From the sequence record KX523699.2: 47,564 nucleotides of DNA; one strand, 5' to 3'. This stretch comes from Salmonella phage IME207. This document shows positions 26,429 to 41,052 of the stretch, piece by piece. Positions within the stretch are counted from its first letter, which is position 1, and every line of letters begins with the position of its first letter. The notes beneath the pieces are model-generated. The model saw only the letters and a list, made by a program, of their open reading frames with translations. It did no database searches and was not told the origin of the DNA. The translations under genes and the position numbers were made by a program.

Positions 26429-28806
26429 TGGCTGAAGAAGTCGGCGGGATTGTCTATGAAGTCGGGATGGATGTTAAAGGTCTGAAAGCTGGCGCGACAG
26501 CAGCCAATAAGACTTTGGACGACCTTGAATCATCAACCAACAAAACCACAAATGCGCTTGGCAAGCTGGATAAAAACGCCAGAAATGCTGGCAACGGGAT
26601 GAAGAATGCTGGCGGCGCAGCTTCAGGGCTTAAAACCAGCATGTCGATGTTGGCAGGTGCAATCTCGGTCTCATTGATTATCGAATGGGGAAAGCGATTC
26701 CTTGAGGTTGCAGATAACATGACGCAGCTTCAGGCAAGGATTGCTCGCCTGTCAACTGACGCGAAAACCGCGAACGAAACATTCAGTTCACTGGCAAGTA
26801 TCGCCTCAACCACTGGCGCAAGCCTCAGCGACACCACGAAGCTGTGGGAAACATTGACGTCATCACTGAAGGAGGCTGGCGCGACAAATGCGCAGGTTCT
26901 GAACCTTACCGATACCCTGCAAAAAATAGGTCGAATCGGCGGGTCATCAACAGAAGAAATGGCGAACGCCCTGCGTCAGTTCGGTCAGTCAATTGCTTCT
27001 GGTACAATCCGCGCCGAAGAATTTAACTCCATCCTTGAGCAGATGCCTGAGCTTGCTCGCCAGATTGCGGCGGGTCTTGGTATTTCAATGGGTGAACTTC
27101 GCGCCAGAATGCTCGATGGCAAACTGACAGCAGAAGATGCGCTAAATGCCATTCAGGACAGGACAAGCGTGGTCAATGCTGAGTTTGAAAAACTTCCTCG
27201 CACAATGGATCAGGCTGTTGGTTCTCTTGAAGTTTCATTCTCCAAACTTGTGGTTGCCGTTAACGATGCCACTGGTGCATCAAAAACAGCAGTAGAGATT
27301 ATCGACCAGCTGGCAAAATACATTGATTTCCTCGGCGACAAATCAACCAGCACAAGCGATAAGATTTTATCTCTCGCCACTGTCATTTCTAAGCTAAACC
27401 CGGGCGCATGGGCGCGGATGGGAGTCGATGCGCTTTTTGGTGATGATGATATTGAGAAGCAAAAACAATATAACGATCAGGTCGAGCGATTCGTCAAGGC
27501 ATCAGCAGAAGGTTACGAGCAGACAAAGAAACAGGCTGAAGCAACAAAACACCTGAAGATTGCACAAGCACCAACAAAAGACAAAAAAGGAAAAGGAAAG
27601 GGCAAAAGCGCCGAAGAACGACAAGCTGAATCAGTAGCTGAAAAGCTGGAGAAATTACGCCAGCAAACCATGCTAAATGCAACATCTACCAGCGAACTAT
27701 CCCGCGAGCAAGCCATCCTCAACGCGCAGCAATCTCTTGGCAAGGCTGCCACTCAGGAGCAAATAAAACTGGCTGGCGAGTACGCTGCGAAGATTTGGGA
27801 CCAGAAGAATGCACTGAAGGAACAGGCAGCTGCGGAGAAGGAAAGGCAGCAGCTGGAAAACTCATTTATCGACCTGCGCAAGAAAGCGTCAGCACTAACA
27901 GGAATTGAAGACCAATATGCTACGGACATGGCAAATCTTAAGCAGTACGCAGCAATGTATCCAGAAGAGATAAAAAGAGTTGAGCAGGTAAGGTCAGGGA
28001 TAGAAGCGCAATATCGCCAGCAGCGAATGGATGCTATGTGGGCAGAGTGGCAGCAACAAAGCCTCGGCGCGCAACTGTTCGGCACCGCTCTTGATTCGGC
28101 AATGAGCACGGCATCAAACAGTATCACCGGATTACTGACAGGCACAATGAGCGTTCAGGATGCCATGCGCAGTCTCGGCTCTACGGTGCTGAACTCTCTG
28201 GTAAATAGTTTCGTCGAAATGGGCGTGCAATGGGTTAAATCAGCCGTTATGGGGCAGACTGCGCAGGTTGCAGCCACAGCGACAACCACAGCGGCGCAAA
28301 CGGCAGGACTGGCAACCACAACAGCAGCATCCACGGCGGCGGCAGCCACCACCACGGCGGCATGGACTCCTGCAGCAATCGTAGCATCAATCGGATCATT
28401 CGGCGGGGCAGCTGCAATTGGGGTAGGTGCTGTTCTCGGGGCACTGGCAATGGGTATTGCTGGCAAGCGTAAAAACGGTGGCCCTGTTAGCGCAGGAAGT
28501 ATGTACGAAGTGGGTGAGGGAAACGCACCAGAAATATTCCAGGCGAGCACAGGCAGGCAATACATGATACCTGGTAACTCAGGAAAGGTTATCAGCAATA
28601 AGGATATTCCCGGTGGAGGTGGTGGAGTTGTGGTTTATAATAATGTTTACAATAATTCAAGCAATGCTAGCGCAACAAGCAGGGCCACTGATAACGGTGA
28701 TGGTTCGATAACTATTGAGACATTTATATCCGATATGAATGAAGGCGGACCGATGAGCCAATCTATCTCAAGGAACTTTAATGCCAACAGGAGAGCAACC
28801 GAATAA
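26428..28806 (+). CDS. tail tape measure protein
   Basis: 792 aa, helical and Ala/Gln-rich, with a Thr/Ala low-complexity tract and a Gly-rich C-terminus. Confidence 0.85.
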   Translation: MAEEVGGIVYEVGMDVKGLKAGATAANKTLDDLESSTNKTTNALGKLDKNARNAGNGMKNAGGAASGLKTSMSMLAGAISVSLIIEWGKRFLEVADNMTQLQARIARLSTDAKTANETFSSLASIASTTGASLSDTTKLWETLTSSLKEAGATNAQVLNLTDTLQKIGRIGGSSTEEMANALRQFGQSIASGTIRAEEFNSILEQMPELARQIAAGLGISMGELRARMLDGKLTAEDALNAIQDRTSVVNAEFEKLPRTMDQAVGSLEVSFSKLVVAVNDATGASKTAVEIIDQLAKYIDFLGDKSTSTSDKILSLATVISKLNPGAWARMGVDALFGDDDIEKQKQYNDQVERFVKASAEGYEQTKKQAEATKHLKIAQAPTKDKKGKGKGKSAEERQAESVAEKLEKLRQQTMLNATSTSELSREQAILNAQQSLGKAATQEQIKLAGEYAAKIWDQKNALKEQAAAEKERQQLENSFIDLRKKASALTGIEDQYATDMANLKQYAAMYPEEIKRVEQVRSGIEAQYRQQRMDAMWAEWQQQSLGAQLFGTALDSAMSTASNSITGLLTGTMSVQDAMRSLGSTVLNSLVNSFVEMGVQWVKSAVMGQTAQVAATATTTAAQTAGLATTTAASTAAAATTTAAWTPAAIVASIGSFGGAAAIGVGAVLGALAMGIAGKRKNGGPVSAGSMYEVGEGNAPEIFQASTGRQYMIPGNSGKVISNKDIPGGGGGVVVYNNVYNNSSNASATSRATDNGDGSITIETFISDMNEGGPMSQSISRNFNANRRATE

Positions 28807-29278
28807 TGGCTATCATCAAATACCCTGACTGGCTGCCATTGGCGCAGCGCGCCAGTAAAAACCTGACACAGCAAACCCCGTTCCGCAGCGATCAACCTGC
28901 TGTCGGAGCGCCGATTTTTCAGAAGATGACAACTGATATTGCGGCGACATGGAGTCTGACGTGGGTTTTCACGCTGGCGGAGGAGCGTGCATTTATCCAG
29001 TGGTTGCGTAGTCCTAACTACCTCAACAAATGCAACAACTGGTTCACCATGATGATTGATCTCGGAGGCAGCGGCTTACAGGAGCAGACGCTGCATTTTA
29101 CCGATTATCCGGTGCAGACCAGTATTGATGGTGGCGTGGTCACGTGGACTGGCAATGTTATCGCCAAGAAACTCAATAACACTATGGATGAGTTTGATGA
29201 TGTTCTGGTTGAGCTGGATTACAGATGGTATAGCTTCCTTGATGAAACTGTAAACAGAGAACTACCAGAACACAGTAA

Positions 29279-29282
<4 letters not shown>
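28806..29282 (+). CDS. minor tail protein (M-like / distal tail)
   Basis: ATGG overlap with the tape measure stop. Position. Confidence 0.45.
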
Positions 29283-33277
<3,995 letters not shown>

Positions 33278-33316
33278 TACAATATACATCAAATTCACAA
33301 AGGAGCATTTATTATA

Positions 33317-36247
33317 ATGGCTACCACACCAACTAATAAACCAATTCCATCGGAAGACCCACGCGACCTTAAATTTAATGCTGGGAAAATCGACGAAGTT
33401 GTCAACTCTGATGCGCACTACTACACCGACCGCTTCGGGGTGCGTCGCTGGACAATTGCTGGTTTCCAATACACCGCAGAAGAAGCTATCCGTAAATATG
33501 GCTACATCACTATGGACAGCTTCGAAGATGGTGCGACACTGACGCTTCCCAATCAGACACTGCGTTATGAAGCAAATGGAGAATATTATCGCTGGGATGG
33601 GGAATTTCCCAAAGTAGTACCAGCTGGTTCAACTCCAGATAGCACTGGTGAGGTTAAATTAGGAGCGTGGGTGAGTGTTGGTGATGCTTCATTAAGAAGC
33701 CAGCTTTCTGACCCTGATGGCGCAACAAAATATCCAGATTTGCAGATCGCAAGATGGAGAGACACATTCGACCCGCGCGGGTGGAATGCAAAAGGTGATG
33801 GGGTCACCGATGACACCTCAGCGCTTAATGGCGTATTAAACGCCGCACCAGTTGGTCAGAAAATTAATGGCAATGGGAAGACATATAAGGTCACATCCCT
33901 GCCTGACATTAGTCGCTTCATCAACACTCGTTTCGTTTATGAGCGCATTCCCGGACAACCTCTTTATTATGTCTCTGAAGAATTTGTTCAGGGTGAGCTG
34001 TTCAAAATAACGGACACCCCTTATTACAATGCGTGGCCTCAGGATAAAGCGTTCGTATATGAGAATGTGATATATGCACCTTACATGGGTAGCGATCGTC
34101 ATGGTGTTAGTCGTCTGCATGTATCATGGGTTAAGTCTGGTGATGATGGTCAAACATGGTCTACTCCAGAGTGGTTAACTGATCTGCATCCAGATTACCC
34201 TACAGTGAACTATCATTGTATGAGTATGGGTGTATGTCGCAACCGTCTGTTTGCCATGATTGAAACACGTACTTTAGCCAAGAACGCATTAACCAATTGT
34301 GCATTGTGGGATCGCCCCATGTCTCGTAGCCTGCATCTTACTGGCGGTATCACTAAAGCTGCAAATCAGCGATATGCAACAATACATGTACCAGACCACG
34401 GACTATTCGTGGGTGATTTTGTTAACTTCTCTAATTCTGCGGTAACAGGTGTATCCGGCGATATGACTGTTGCAACCGTAATAGATAAGGACAACTTCAC
34501 GGTTCTTACACCAAACCAGCAGACTTCAGATTTGAATAACGCTGGAAAGAATTGGCACATGGGTACTTCTTTCCATAAGTCTCCATGGCGTAAGACAGAT
34601 CTTGGTCTAATCCCTCGTGTCACAGAGGTGCATAGCTTTGCTACTATTGATAACAATGGCTTTGTTATGGGCTATCATCAAGGTGATGTAGCTCCACGAG
34701 AAGTTGGGCTTTTCTACTTCCCTGATGCTTTCAATAGCCCATCTAATTATGTTCGTCGTCAGATACCATCTGAGTATGAACCAGATGCGTCGGAGCCGTG
34801 CATCAAGTACTATGACGGTGTATTATACCTTATCACTCGTGGCACTCGTGGGGATGGACTAGGTAGCTCTTTGCATCGTAGTAGAGACATAGGTCAGACT
34901 TGGGAGTCACTGAGATTTCCACATAATGTTCATCATACTACATTACCTTTTGCTAAAGTAGGGGATGACCTTATTATGTTTGGTTCAGAACGTGCAGAAA
35001 ATGAATGGGAAGCAGGTGCACCAGATGATCGTTACAAGGCATCTTATCCTCGCACCTTCTATGCACGCTTGAATGTAAACAATTGGAATGCAGATGATAT
35101 TGAATGGGTTAACATCACTGACCAGATTTATCAGGGCGGAATAGTTAACTCAGGTGTAGGCGTTGGTTCGGTAGTTGTGAAGGATAATTACATCTACTAC
35201 ATGTTTGGTGGAGAGGACAATTTTAACCCATGGACATATGGAGATAACTCAGCGAAGGATCCATTCAAATCAGATGGTCATCCCTCAGATTTGTATTGCT
35301 ACAAAATGAAGATTGGCCCAGACAATCGTGTTTCCAGGGAGTTCAGGTATGGTGCTGTACCTAACAGAGCTGTTCCCGTGTTTTTTGATACGAATGGGAT
35401 TCGCACTATTCCTGCGCCAATGGAATTTACAGGGGATTTGGGTTTAGGTCATGTGACCATTAGAGCCAGCACCAGTAGTAACATTCGCTCTGAAGTTTTA
35501 ATGGAAGGTGAATATGGGTTTATCGGGAAATCTATACCGACTGATAACCCGGCAGGGCAGCGCATCATATTTTGCGGGGGTAAAGGCACCAGTTCAACGA
35601 CTGGCGCACAGATTACGCTTTATGGTGCAAATAACACCAACTCAAGGCGAATAGTTTACAACGGGGATGAGCATCTATTTCAGAGTGCTGATGTTAAGCC
35701 TTATAACGATAACGTCACTGCGCTTGGTGGGCCTAGCAACCGTTTCACCACCGCATACCTCGGAAGTAACCCTATTGTTACTTCTAACGGGGAGAAGAAA
35801 ACAGAGCCGGTAGTTTTTGATGATGCTTTCCTGGATGCCTGGGGTGACGTTCACTACATCATGTACCAGTGGTTAGATGCTGTTCAACTGAAAGGCAATG
35901 ATGCTCGTATTCATTTCGGGGTTATTGCTCAGCAAATTCGTGATGTATTCATTGCACATGGTCTGATGGACGAAAACAGTACGTCTTGTCGTTATGCCGT
36001 TCTGTGCTATGACAAGTATCCACGGATGACCGATATGGTATTTTCGCACAATGAAATCGTTGAACACACTGACGATGAGGGTAATGTCACTACCACGGAA
36101 GAACCTGTATACACCGAGGTGGTTATTCACGAAGAGGGTGAGGAATGGGGTGTTCGGCCTGACGGAATTTTCTTTGCTGAAGCTGCTTATCAGCGAAGAA
36201 AACTGGAAAGAATCGAAGCCAGACTTTCTGCTCTTGAACAGAAGTAA
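33317..36247 (+). CDS. tailspike / tail fibre with sialidase-type beta-propeller and C-terminal intramolecular chaperone (peptidase S74)
   Basis: Asp-boxes SGDDGQTW and SRDIGQTW. C-terminal DAWGDVHYIMYQWLDAVQ...HFGVIAQQIRDVFIAHGL is typical of the endosialidase-type auto-cleaving chaperone. Confidence 0.7.
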   Translation: MATTPTNKPIPSEDPRDLKFNAGKIDEVVNSDAHYYTDRFGVRRWTIAGFQYTAEEAIRKYGYITMDSFEDGATLTLPNQTLRYEANGEYYRWDGEFPKVVPAGSTPDSTGEVKLGAWVSVGDASLRSQLSDPDGATKYPDLQIARWRDTFDPRGWNAKGDGVTDDTSALNGVLNAAPVGQKINGNGKTYKVTSLPDISRFINTRFVYERIPGQPLYYVSEEFVQGELFKITDTPYYNAWPQDKAFVYENVIYAPYMGSDRHGVSRLHVSWVKSGDDGQTWSTPEWLTDLHPDYPTVNYHCMSMGVCRNRLFAMIETRTLAKNALTNCALWDRPMSRSLHLTGGITKAANQRYATIHVPDHGLFVGDFVNFSNSAVTGVSGDMTVATVIDKDNFTVLTPNQQTSDLNNAGKNWHMGTSFHKSPWRKTDLGLIPRVTEVHSFATIDNNGFVMGYHQGDVAPREVGLFYFPDAFNSPSNYVRRQIPSEYEPDASEPCIKYYDGVLYLITRGTRGDGLGSSLHRSRDIGQTWESLRFPHNVHHTTLPFAKVGDDLIMFGSERAENEWEAGAPDDRYKASYPRTFYARLNVNNWNADDIEWVNITDQIYQGGIVNSGVGVGSVVVKDNYIYYMFGGEDNFNPWTYGDNSAKDPFKSDGHPSDLYCYKMKIGPDNRVSREFRYGAVPNRAVPVFFDTNGIRTIPAPMEFTGDLGLGHVTIRASTSSNIRSEVLMEGEYGFIGKSIPTDNPAGQRIIFCGGKGTSSTTGAQITLYGANNTNSRRIVYNGDEHLFQSADVKPYNDNVTALGGPSNRFTTAYLGSNPIVTSNGEKKTEPVVFDDAFLDAWGDVHYIMYQWLDAVQLKGNDARIHFGVIAQQIRDVFIAHGLMDENSTSCRYAVLCYDKYPRMTDMVFSHNEIVEHTDDEGNVTTTEEPVYTEVVIHEEGEEWGVRPDGIFFAEAAYQRRKLERIEARLSALEQK

Positions 36248-36253
36248 TAAACA

Positions 36254-36283
36254 AAACCCCGCTTCGGCGGGGTTGTTTTATCA
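36254..36283. terminator. bidirectional rho-independent terminator
   Basis: AAAACCCCGCTTCGGCGGGGTTGTTTTATC. Confidence 0.75.
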
Positions 36284-36784
36284 TCAGAACGGAATGTCGT
36301 CTGAAAAGTCCATCGGAGGCTCATTGCCTCCTTGTGGGCTTTGTTGTTTTTGTGGCTGCTGTTGCTGATTTGTTACCCATCCGCCTTGAGGTTGTTGGCC
36401 TGATTGCTGGCGCGGTTGCTGACCGGAGTCATCACGTTTACCACCAAGCATCTGCATCACGCCGCCCATCTGCGGAATGACAATCTCTGTGGTGTATCTG
36501 TCTATTCCGTTGCTGTCAGTCCATTTACGAGTACGAAGCTGGCCTTCGATGTAAACCTGCGAACCTTTTCGAAGGTATTCTCCTGCAACTTCCGCAAGTT
36601 TCCCGAATATGACAATACGATGCCACTCTGTCTGTTCTTTCTTTTCTCCTGTCTGCTTATCTTTCCACTGCTCAGATGTTGCAACGGAAATGTTGACAAT
36701 TGCAGAACCTGATGCTGAATATTTAACTTCAGGGTCGTTTCCGAGAGTTCCGACAATAATTACTTTATTTACGCCGCGTGCCAT
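36284..36784 (-). CDS. ssb: single-stranded DNA-binding protein
   Basis: OB-fold N-terminus, Gln/Gly/Pro-rich linker, acidic C-terminal tail DFSDDIPF. Confidence 0.85.
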   Translation of the reverse strand: MARGVNKVIIVGTLGNDPEVKYSASGSAIVNISVATSEQWKDKQTGEKKEQTEWHRIVIFGKLAEVAGEYLRKGSQVYIEGQLRTRKWTDSNGIDRYTTEIVIPQMGGVMQMLGGKRDDSGQQPRQQSGQQPQGGWVTNQQQQPQKQQSPQGGNEPPMDFSDDIPF

Positions 36785-36787
36785 TTA

Positions 36788-37459
36788 TTAAAATCCTTCA
36801 ATTGGAGTTTGCTTGTGTTCGGTTTTGGTTTCTTCCTGTGGCTCTGGATGTTGTGGTTGCGGTTTAGCCAGTTTTGCAGGGTTAAATGATTCACCTGATA
36901 CCATGAATTTAGCCTTCATTTCCTGGTAAGCGCCAACAATAACACGAGTTGCTGCATCATCACCACGGAACGCCTTGTATTCTTCGCCATAGATTGAAGC
37001 TAATTCTTCCATGCTGGCTGCGTTTCTAATTAATGCAACTGCGTCTTTTGGTGATTTGCGAGCGGCATTACCGTCATCATCAGCCTGAGCAATACCAAAC
37101 ATTGCTGCGATGGAATATCTGCGTGCATACGTCATTGCTGAACCGTAACCCTGCGCGTCCTTCTTTGCTACTGGCATTGGCATAACGGATAACATGTACT
37201 CGCCAGATTCATGCATTATCGTTGTTTCAAGTTTAAGCACATCCATTGAATCACCATCAATGGCATTCTGGATGATTATAAGACCGTTAGCCTCAAGCGC
37301 TGGGCGTATTGCATCAAGAAACGACTCAAGGTTTGCGTAATTGCTTTTCAGGTGTGGGTTTTTGGCGTTTTTCTTTGCGCCACTACTCATCACCTTACGA
37401 GCCTCAACCAGAGCCTTAATCAGATTTGCTTTTTGTTCTGAAAAAATCATTTCCATCAC
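36788..37459 (-). CDS. Erf-family single-strand annealing protein
   Basis: NPHLKSNYANLESFLDAIRPALEANGL motif region. Genomic context with exonuclease and SSB. Confidence 0.65.
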   Translation of the reverse strand: MMEMIFSEQKANLIKALVEARKVMSSGAKKNAKNPHLKSNYANLESFLDAIRPALEANGLIIIQNAIDGDSMDVLKLETTIMHESGEYMLSVMPMPVAKKDAQGYGSAMTYARRYSIAAMFGIAQADDDGNAARKSPKDAVALIRNAASMEELASIYGEEYKAFRGDDAATRVIVGAYQEMKAKFMVSGESFNPAKLAKPQPQHPEPQEETKTEHKQTPIEGF

Positions 37460-37467
37460 CTCATTAA

Positions 37468-38406
37468 TTATAAATTAAACTGCTTTTTGAACCATTCCGG
37501 CGTTTCCATTTCTATGACAGGATTACCCATTGAATAACCCGGCCACGAATTAGCTTTTTTGCACGCCTTGTAAATTTCCATTGCACCATTCAACTGAATG
37601 CGACCGATGCGCAATTGCTCTTCCGTTAATCGAATTAACGCTGGGATAAACGGCGCTTTCTTTTCCTGAACTAAAAGGTTTACCGAACGCGGCGCGTGAC
37701 CGTATGCCGCAACAAACATATCGTGCTGCATAGCCATTTTCATAAAGTAGCCAAGTCGCGCAGCATGACGGAAAAACTCATCAGGCTTGGCGCTAACTGC
37801 TGTCTTGTAGTCAATGATGTCGCCACCTTTGGTAAGGCAGTCAAAACGAACTTTTGCTTTTTCTCCGTTGAGTTCACCAAGAATTGACACTTCAGCATAA
37901 GCACCAGCAAGAAGGCTGCTGTAATAGCTGTTTGCGTGTATTACAGCACGCATTTGCTGAATGGCGTCATAATCATTTCCTTCTAACAGAATGCGACCAT
38001 TGGCGTTAATTTCAGCAATTAGGCGCTCTTCGTCGTAAATCTTCACCGGCTCGCCAGTTGCACGAATGATTTTGATCACCTCAGCTTTCGGCTTCCCTGA
38101 AAGCCCTTTGATGCCGCGCTCTTTTGCCCATGAGTTCATGTCACTGACGGTAACGAGCAGGTCATCACCAAAATCTTCTTTGGTTGGCATTCGCGCATAT
38201 TCCGCATCGAAACGTTCAGGTTCAAGCAGGGCTGTATGGCTTCCTGTTCCGAAGATAAGGGCTTTTGACTGCTCATCTTCTTCGTCTTTGTAGCGCCATG
38301 CTGCTGGGCATCTGTCATATATGTTCCACAGGCCAGAGCCATTAATATGCTCAGTGTCGGAGTGGTATTGCTCGTTAGTTAATTCATTATTGAAATAGAC
38401 TTTCAT
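37468..38406 (-). CDS. PD-(D/E)XK exonuclease (YqaJ/RecB-nuclease-like)
   Basis: VRFDCL...DIIDYKT fits the D-x(n)-D/E-x-K pattern. Partner of Erf. Confidence 0.6.
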   Translation of the reverse strand: MKVYFNNELTNEQYHSDTEHINGSGLWNIYDRCPAAWRYKDEEDEQSKALIFGTGSHTALLEPERFDAEYARMPTKEDFGDDLLVTVSDMNSWAKERGIKGLSGKPKAEVIKIIRATGEPVKIYDEERLIAEINANGRILLEGNDYDAIQQMRAVIHANSYYSSLLAGAYAEVSILGELNGEKAKVRFDCLTKGGDIIDYKTAVSAKPDEFFRHAARLGYFMKMAMQHDMFVAAYGHAPRSVNLLVQEKKAPFIPALIRLTEEQLRIGRIQLNGAMEIYKACKKANSWPGYSMGNPVIEMETPEWFKKQFNL

Positions 38407-38675
38407 TTCCCATCCTTAGCGACGCGAATAGCCGCATCAATACCTGAAGTTTTAACCTGAGGAAAATCTTTTTCCTTTGAAGCAAATACCGTGAGAGTTG
38501 ATGGATAAAAACTAACTCTTCGAACTCCACCAAGAATAGTCAAATGTCTTACCTCACTATCATGCTCGCTATTGTTTTCATGCTCATAAACAGAAAGCCC
38601 ACAAGAAACTATCTTCTCAATAGCATCGCGAACTTGCATTTTTGCTTTCTTCTTAACTGTTTTAGTTTTACTCAT
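38403..38675 (-). CDS. hypothetical Lys-rich protein
   Basis: Internal ATG (MSKTKTVKKKAK). ATGA coupling. Confidence 0.4.
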   Translation of the reverse strand: MSKTKTVKKKAKMQVRDAIEKIVSCGLSVYEHENNSEHDSEVRHLTILGGVRRVSFYPSTLTVFASKEKDFPQVKTSGIDAAIRVAKDGK

Positions 38676-38712
38676 GATTAACCTCACTCATCATCATGTA
38701 AATGAATCTACA

Positions 38713-39147
38713 TCAATCCACATCAAAAGGCAAGCCAAAATAGAAAAGCGTGGCTTTTTTTAGTTCATCAAGTCCGTAAGCTATTGCGGCATAATGACCA
38801 AGTCTGCACATCTCAGTTAATACAGTTGATTGCTCCTTGCTCACTCTGCTTTTGCTTTTATCGCGGCGCTTTGCCTCAATCATTCCGCAACTGTGCTTCA
38901 CTCCCGGCGTCATTATCACATTGTCGCCTATTCCAGCCTTAACCCCCATCTTCTGGCGCTTCATCACAAACTGCACCCTGCTTGATGTGCCAGTTTCGTT
39001 GGGTACATGAAACCACAGAACATCAGGGAAGCGGTGTTGCATCCATGTGCCGTAACCAATCTGGTCAGTCTCCTCTTTCGGGCATTCTCCGCGATAACCG
39101 CTATCAAATACCCATATGCCGCTATCAAGCTGCTTCACTTTGCTCAC
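38713..39147 (-). CDS. VRR-NUC domain nuclease
   Basis: FHVPNE...GDNVIM...GMIEAKR pattern (PD-(D/E)XK VRR-NUC). Confidence 0.6.
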   Translation of the reverse strand: MSKVKQLDSGIWVFDSGYRGECPKEETDQIGYGTWMQHRFPDVLWFHVPNETGTSSRVQFVMKRQKMGVKAGIGDNVIMTPGVKHSCGMIEAKRRDKSKSRVSKEQSTVLTEMCRLGHYAAIAYGLDELKKATLFYFGLPFDVD

Positions 39148-40855
39148 CTGTAAAATCTTTTCTGTGGATTATGTCACGGCCCTTATCGTTGATACGATGC
39201 GTGATGCGTTTTGGCGCTTTAATCAATCCCGCATACATCATGAATTGCTTGGCGTTCTGGCATTTCAGTATTTTCCCCGCCATTGACTTATCATCAAGGT
39301 GAGGAAAGACGGCCTTTGCCTTGAACATGTTTTTCATGTGAGTTGCGCCGCCATAAGGGTAGAAAACTTCGTTAGCCCAGCCTTCCTTGCCATCACAACG
39401 ATTAATCCAGTAGCGATACAAAACCCCTTCCCCGTCTTTCGTTAACTGAACCTTGAAATCCATAACATCAGCCCACTCATTATCGGTATACGCGCGCTCA
39501 TTAAGTGCCGCATTAGGGTCGCGCAAAACGTGATCGCAATGTCGGCAATAGCGCGCTGTAGGGTCGTTTTTAGTGCCACATCCATCATCAAAGATACGGA
39601 TTCCGTGCTTATCGAAACCGCAACGGATGTAACTGAAAAACTCCTCGCACCGACCATCTGGAGATAGTGCATCTTTACCAATGCAGCGACGCGCATATGG
39701 ACTGTTCATCGTTCCGCATTTCGGGCACGGAACCTGTTCGCCACTGCGTTTTGAGCGTTGCGCTTCAGCCTCTTCCAGAATTGGGTCTTCATACAGCTGA
39801 CCAAGCTCAAACATCGTGCCAGAGAAATCCAGAACCAGATGGTCTTCTTTATGATACCCGGCATCAATTTGCTCTTTCTTCAGCAAGCGCATTCCGCGAC
39901 CAAGAAGCTGCACAAGAAGAGTGAGTGACATTATTTTTCGCAATATGCAACTCGTATCCCATAACGGTATATTTACGCCAGTGGTAAGGGCGGCTATCTG
40001 GAATGTGAATTTTTTGCGCCCGGTGTATGCATCCTTTAGAGCCTTCCTTCTGGCTTTTGACCCCATATCTTCTGTAACTATTGAATAACTTCCTTCAGGC
40101 AAATATTTTGCCGCCTCCTGACAATGCTTCTTACCGGCACATGTAATTAGCACTCCGTTCCTGTTTTTAGTCAATTCCATAACCTTGAGCATGATTTTCT
40201 GCGTCAACGTACCTTGCTCAAGAATTTCTTTCTGCATCTGCTTGAGCTGCTCGGCGGTAAAGTCCTGAGTACCATCAACATCTGAGCCATGAAAATCTGA
40301 AAGGTCATAATGCAGACTATCAACATCATGAAGACCAAAAATTGTTGGCACAAGAAAACCGTTTTCAACCATGTACTTGGTGTCTATGTTGATAATCTCT
40401 TTCTTCCAGAAAGCGCCTTTTATTGATGTAGTTCCGCGAAACGGTGAGCCTGTATAACCTATTATTCTCAACTCATGGCCGTGCTTATCTTTGCACCTTT
40501 TCATTAGCTCATTAATTATCACTGCATACTGCGTATCACCATCATTAACAACATCAATGTCATTAACCATATGATTTTCATCGATAAGCAGGAATCTTGG
40601 GCAAAAGTCAGAAAGCGCACATTTTGCAATAACATTCCCTGACTCATCCTTTTTATCAAACAAAGCATTTACAACAGTACCCTCGGAGCCGCAGATTATT
40701 GGGTACGTAGAACTTTTCCTGCCCAACGAAGCACTGAATAGTGAGTTTCTAACACCAAGCGCCCATAGCTCTTCCGCATCTTGCTCCACTATTTCGCCCT
40801 GTCTTGATAAAATCATTCCTGAATATCCCATTTCCTGAAAACGCTTTGCTATCAT
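39125..40855 (-). CDS. SF2 DNA helicase, C-terminal 576-aa part (motif II LIDENH onward)
   Basis: DExH box LIDENHMV and later helicase motifs. Cys-rich C-terminal Zn-ribbon-like region. ATG overlaps the stop of the upstream fragment (ATGA). Confidence 0.7.
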   Translation of the reverse strand: MIAKRFQEMGYSGMILSRQGEIVEQDAEELWALGVRNSLFSASLGRKSSTYPIICGSEGTVVNALFDKKDESGNVIAKCALSDFCPRFLLIDENHMVNDIDVVNDGDTQYAVIINELMKRCKDKHGHELRIIGYTGSPFRGTTSIKGAFWKKEIINIDTKYMVENGFLVPTIFGLHDVDSLHYDLSDFHGSDVDGTQDFTAEQLKQMQKEILEQGTLTQKIMLKVMELTKNRNGVLITCAGKKHCQEAAKYLPEGSYSIVTEDMGSKARRKALKDAYTGRKKFTFQIAALTTGVNIPLWDTSCILRKIMSLTLLVQLLGRGMRLLKKEQIDAGYHKEDHLVLDFSGTMFELGQLYEDPILEEAEAQRSKRSGEQVPCPKCGTMNSPYARRCIGKDALSPDGRCEEFFSYIRCGFDKHGIRIFDDGCGTKNDPTARYCRHCDHVLRDPNAALNERAYTDNEWADVMDFKVQLTKDGEGVLYRYWINRCDGKEGWANEVFYPYGGATHMKNMFKAKAVFPHLDDKSMAGKILKCQNAKQFMMYAGLIKAPKRITHRINDKGRDIIHRKDFTGEQSEAA

Positions 40856-41052
40856 GCAATCATCAGTGACTTGCCACTACCTACACTTGCCGTTACATAG
40901 CTTGGTCCAACATAATGACGAATCACATCACCAGTTAACTTATATATCAACCACTGATAAGGTCTTGGTTCAATATCACCAGTATCCAGATAAGATTTCA
41001 GCAGATTAATATCAATATCTGAAATCATTTTGTCGATTTTATGCATCACCAA
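40852..41052 (-). CDS. SF2 helicase N-terminal fragment (Q-motif + Walker A)
   Basis: PRPYQW and VGSGKSLMIA. Stops 1 codon after Walker A. Continues in the -1 frame as the 576-aa ORF. Confidence 0.5.
   Translation of the reverse strand: MVMHKIDKMISDIDINLLKSYLDTGDIEPRPYQWLIYKLTGDVIRHYVGPSYVTASVGSGKSLMIA

Noticed and set aside
28155-28598. 147-aa minus-strand ORF and other antisense ORFs inside the tape measure gene
   Set aside because: A low-complexity Ala/Thr region gives open antisense frames. Not credible coding.
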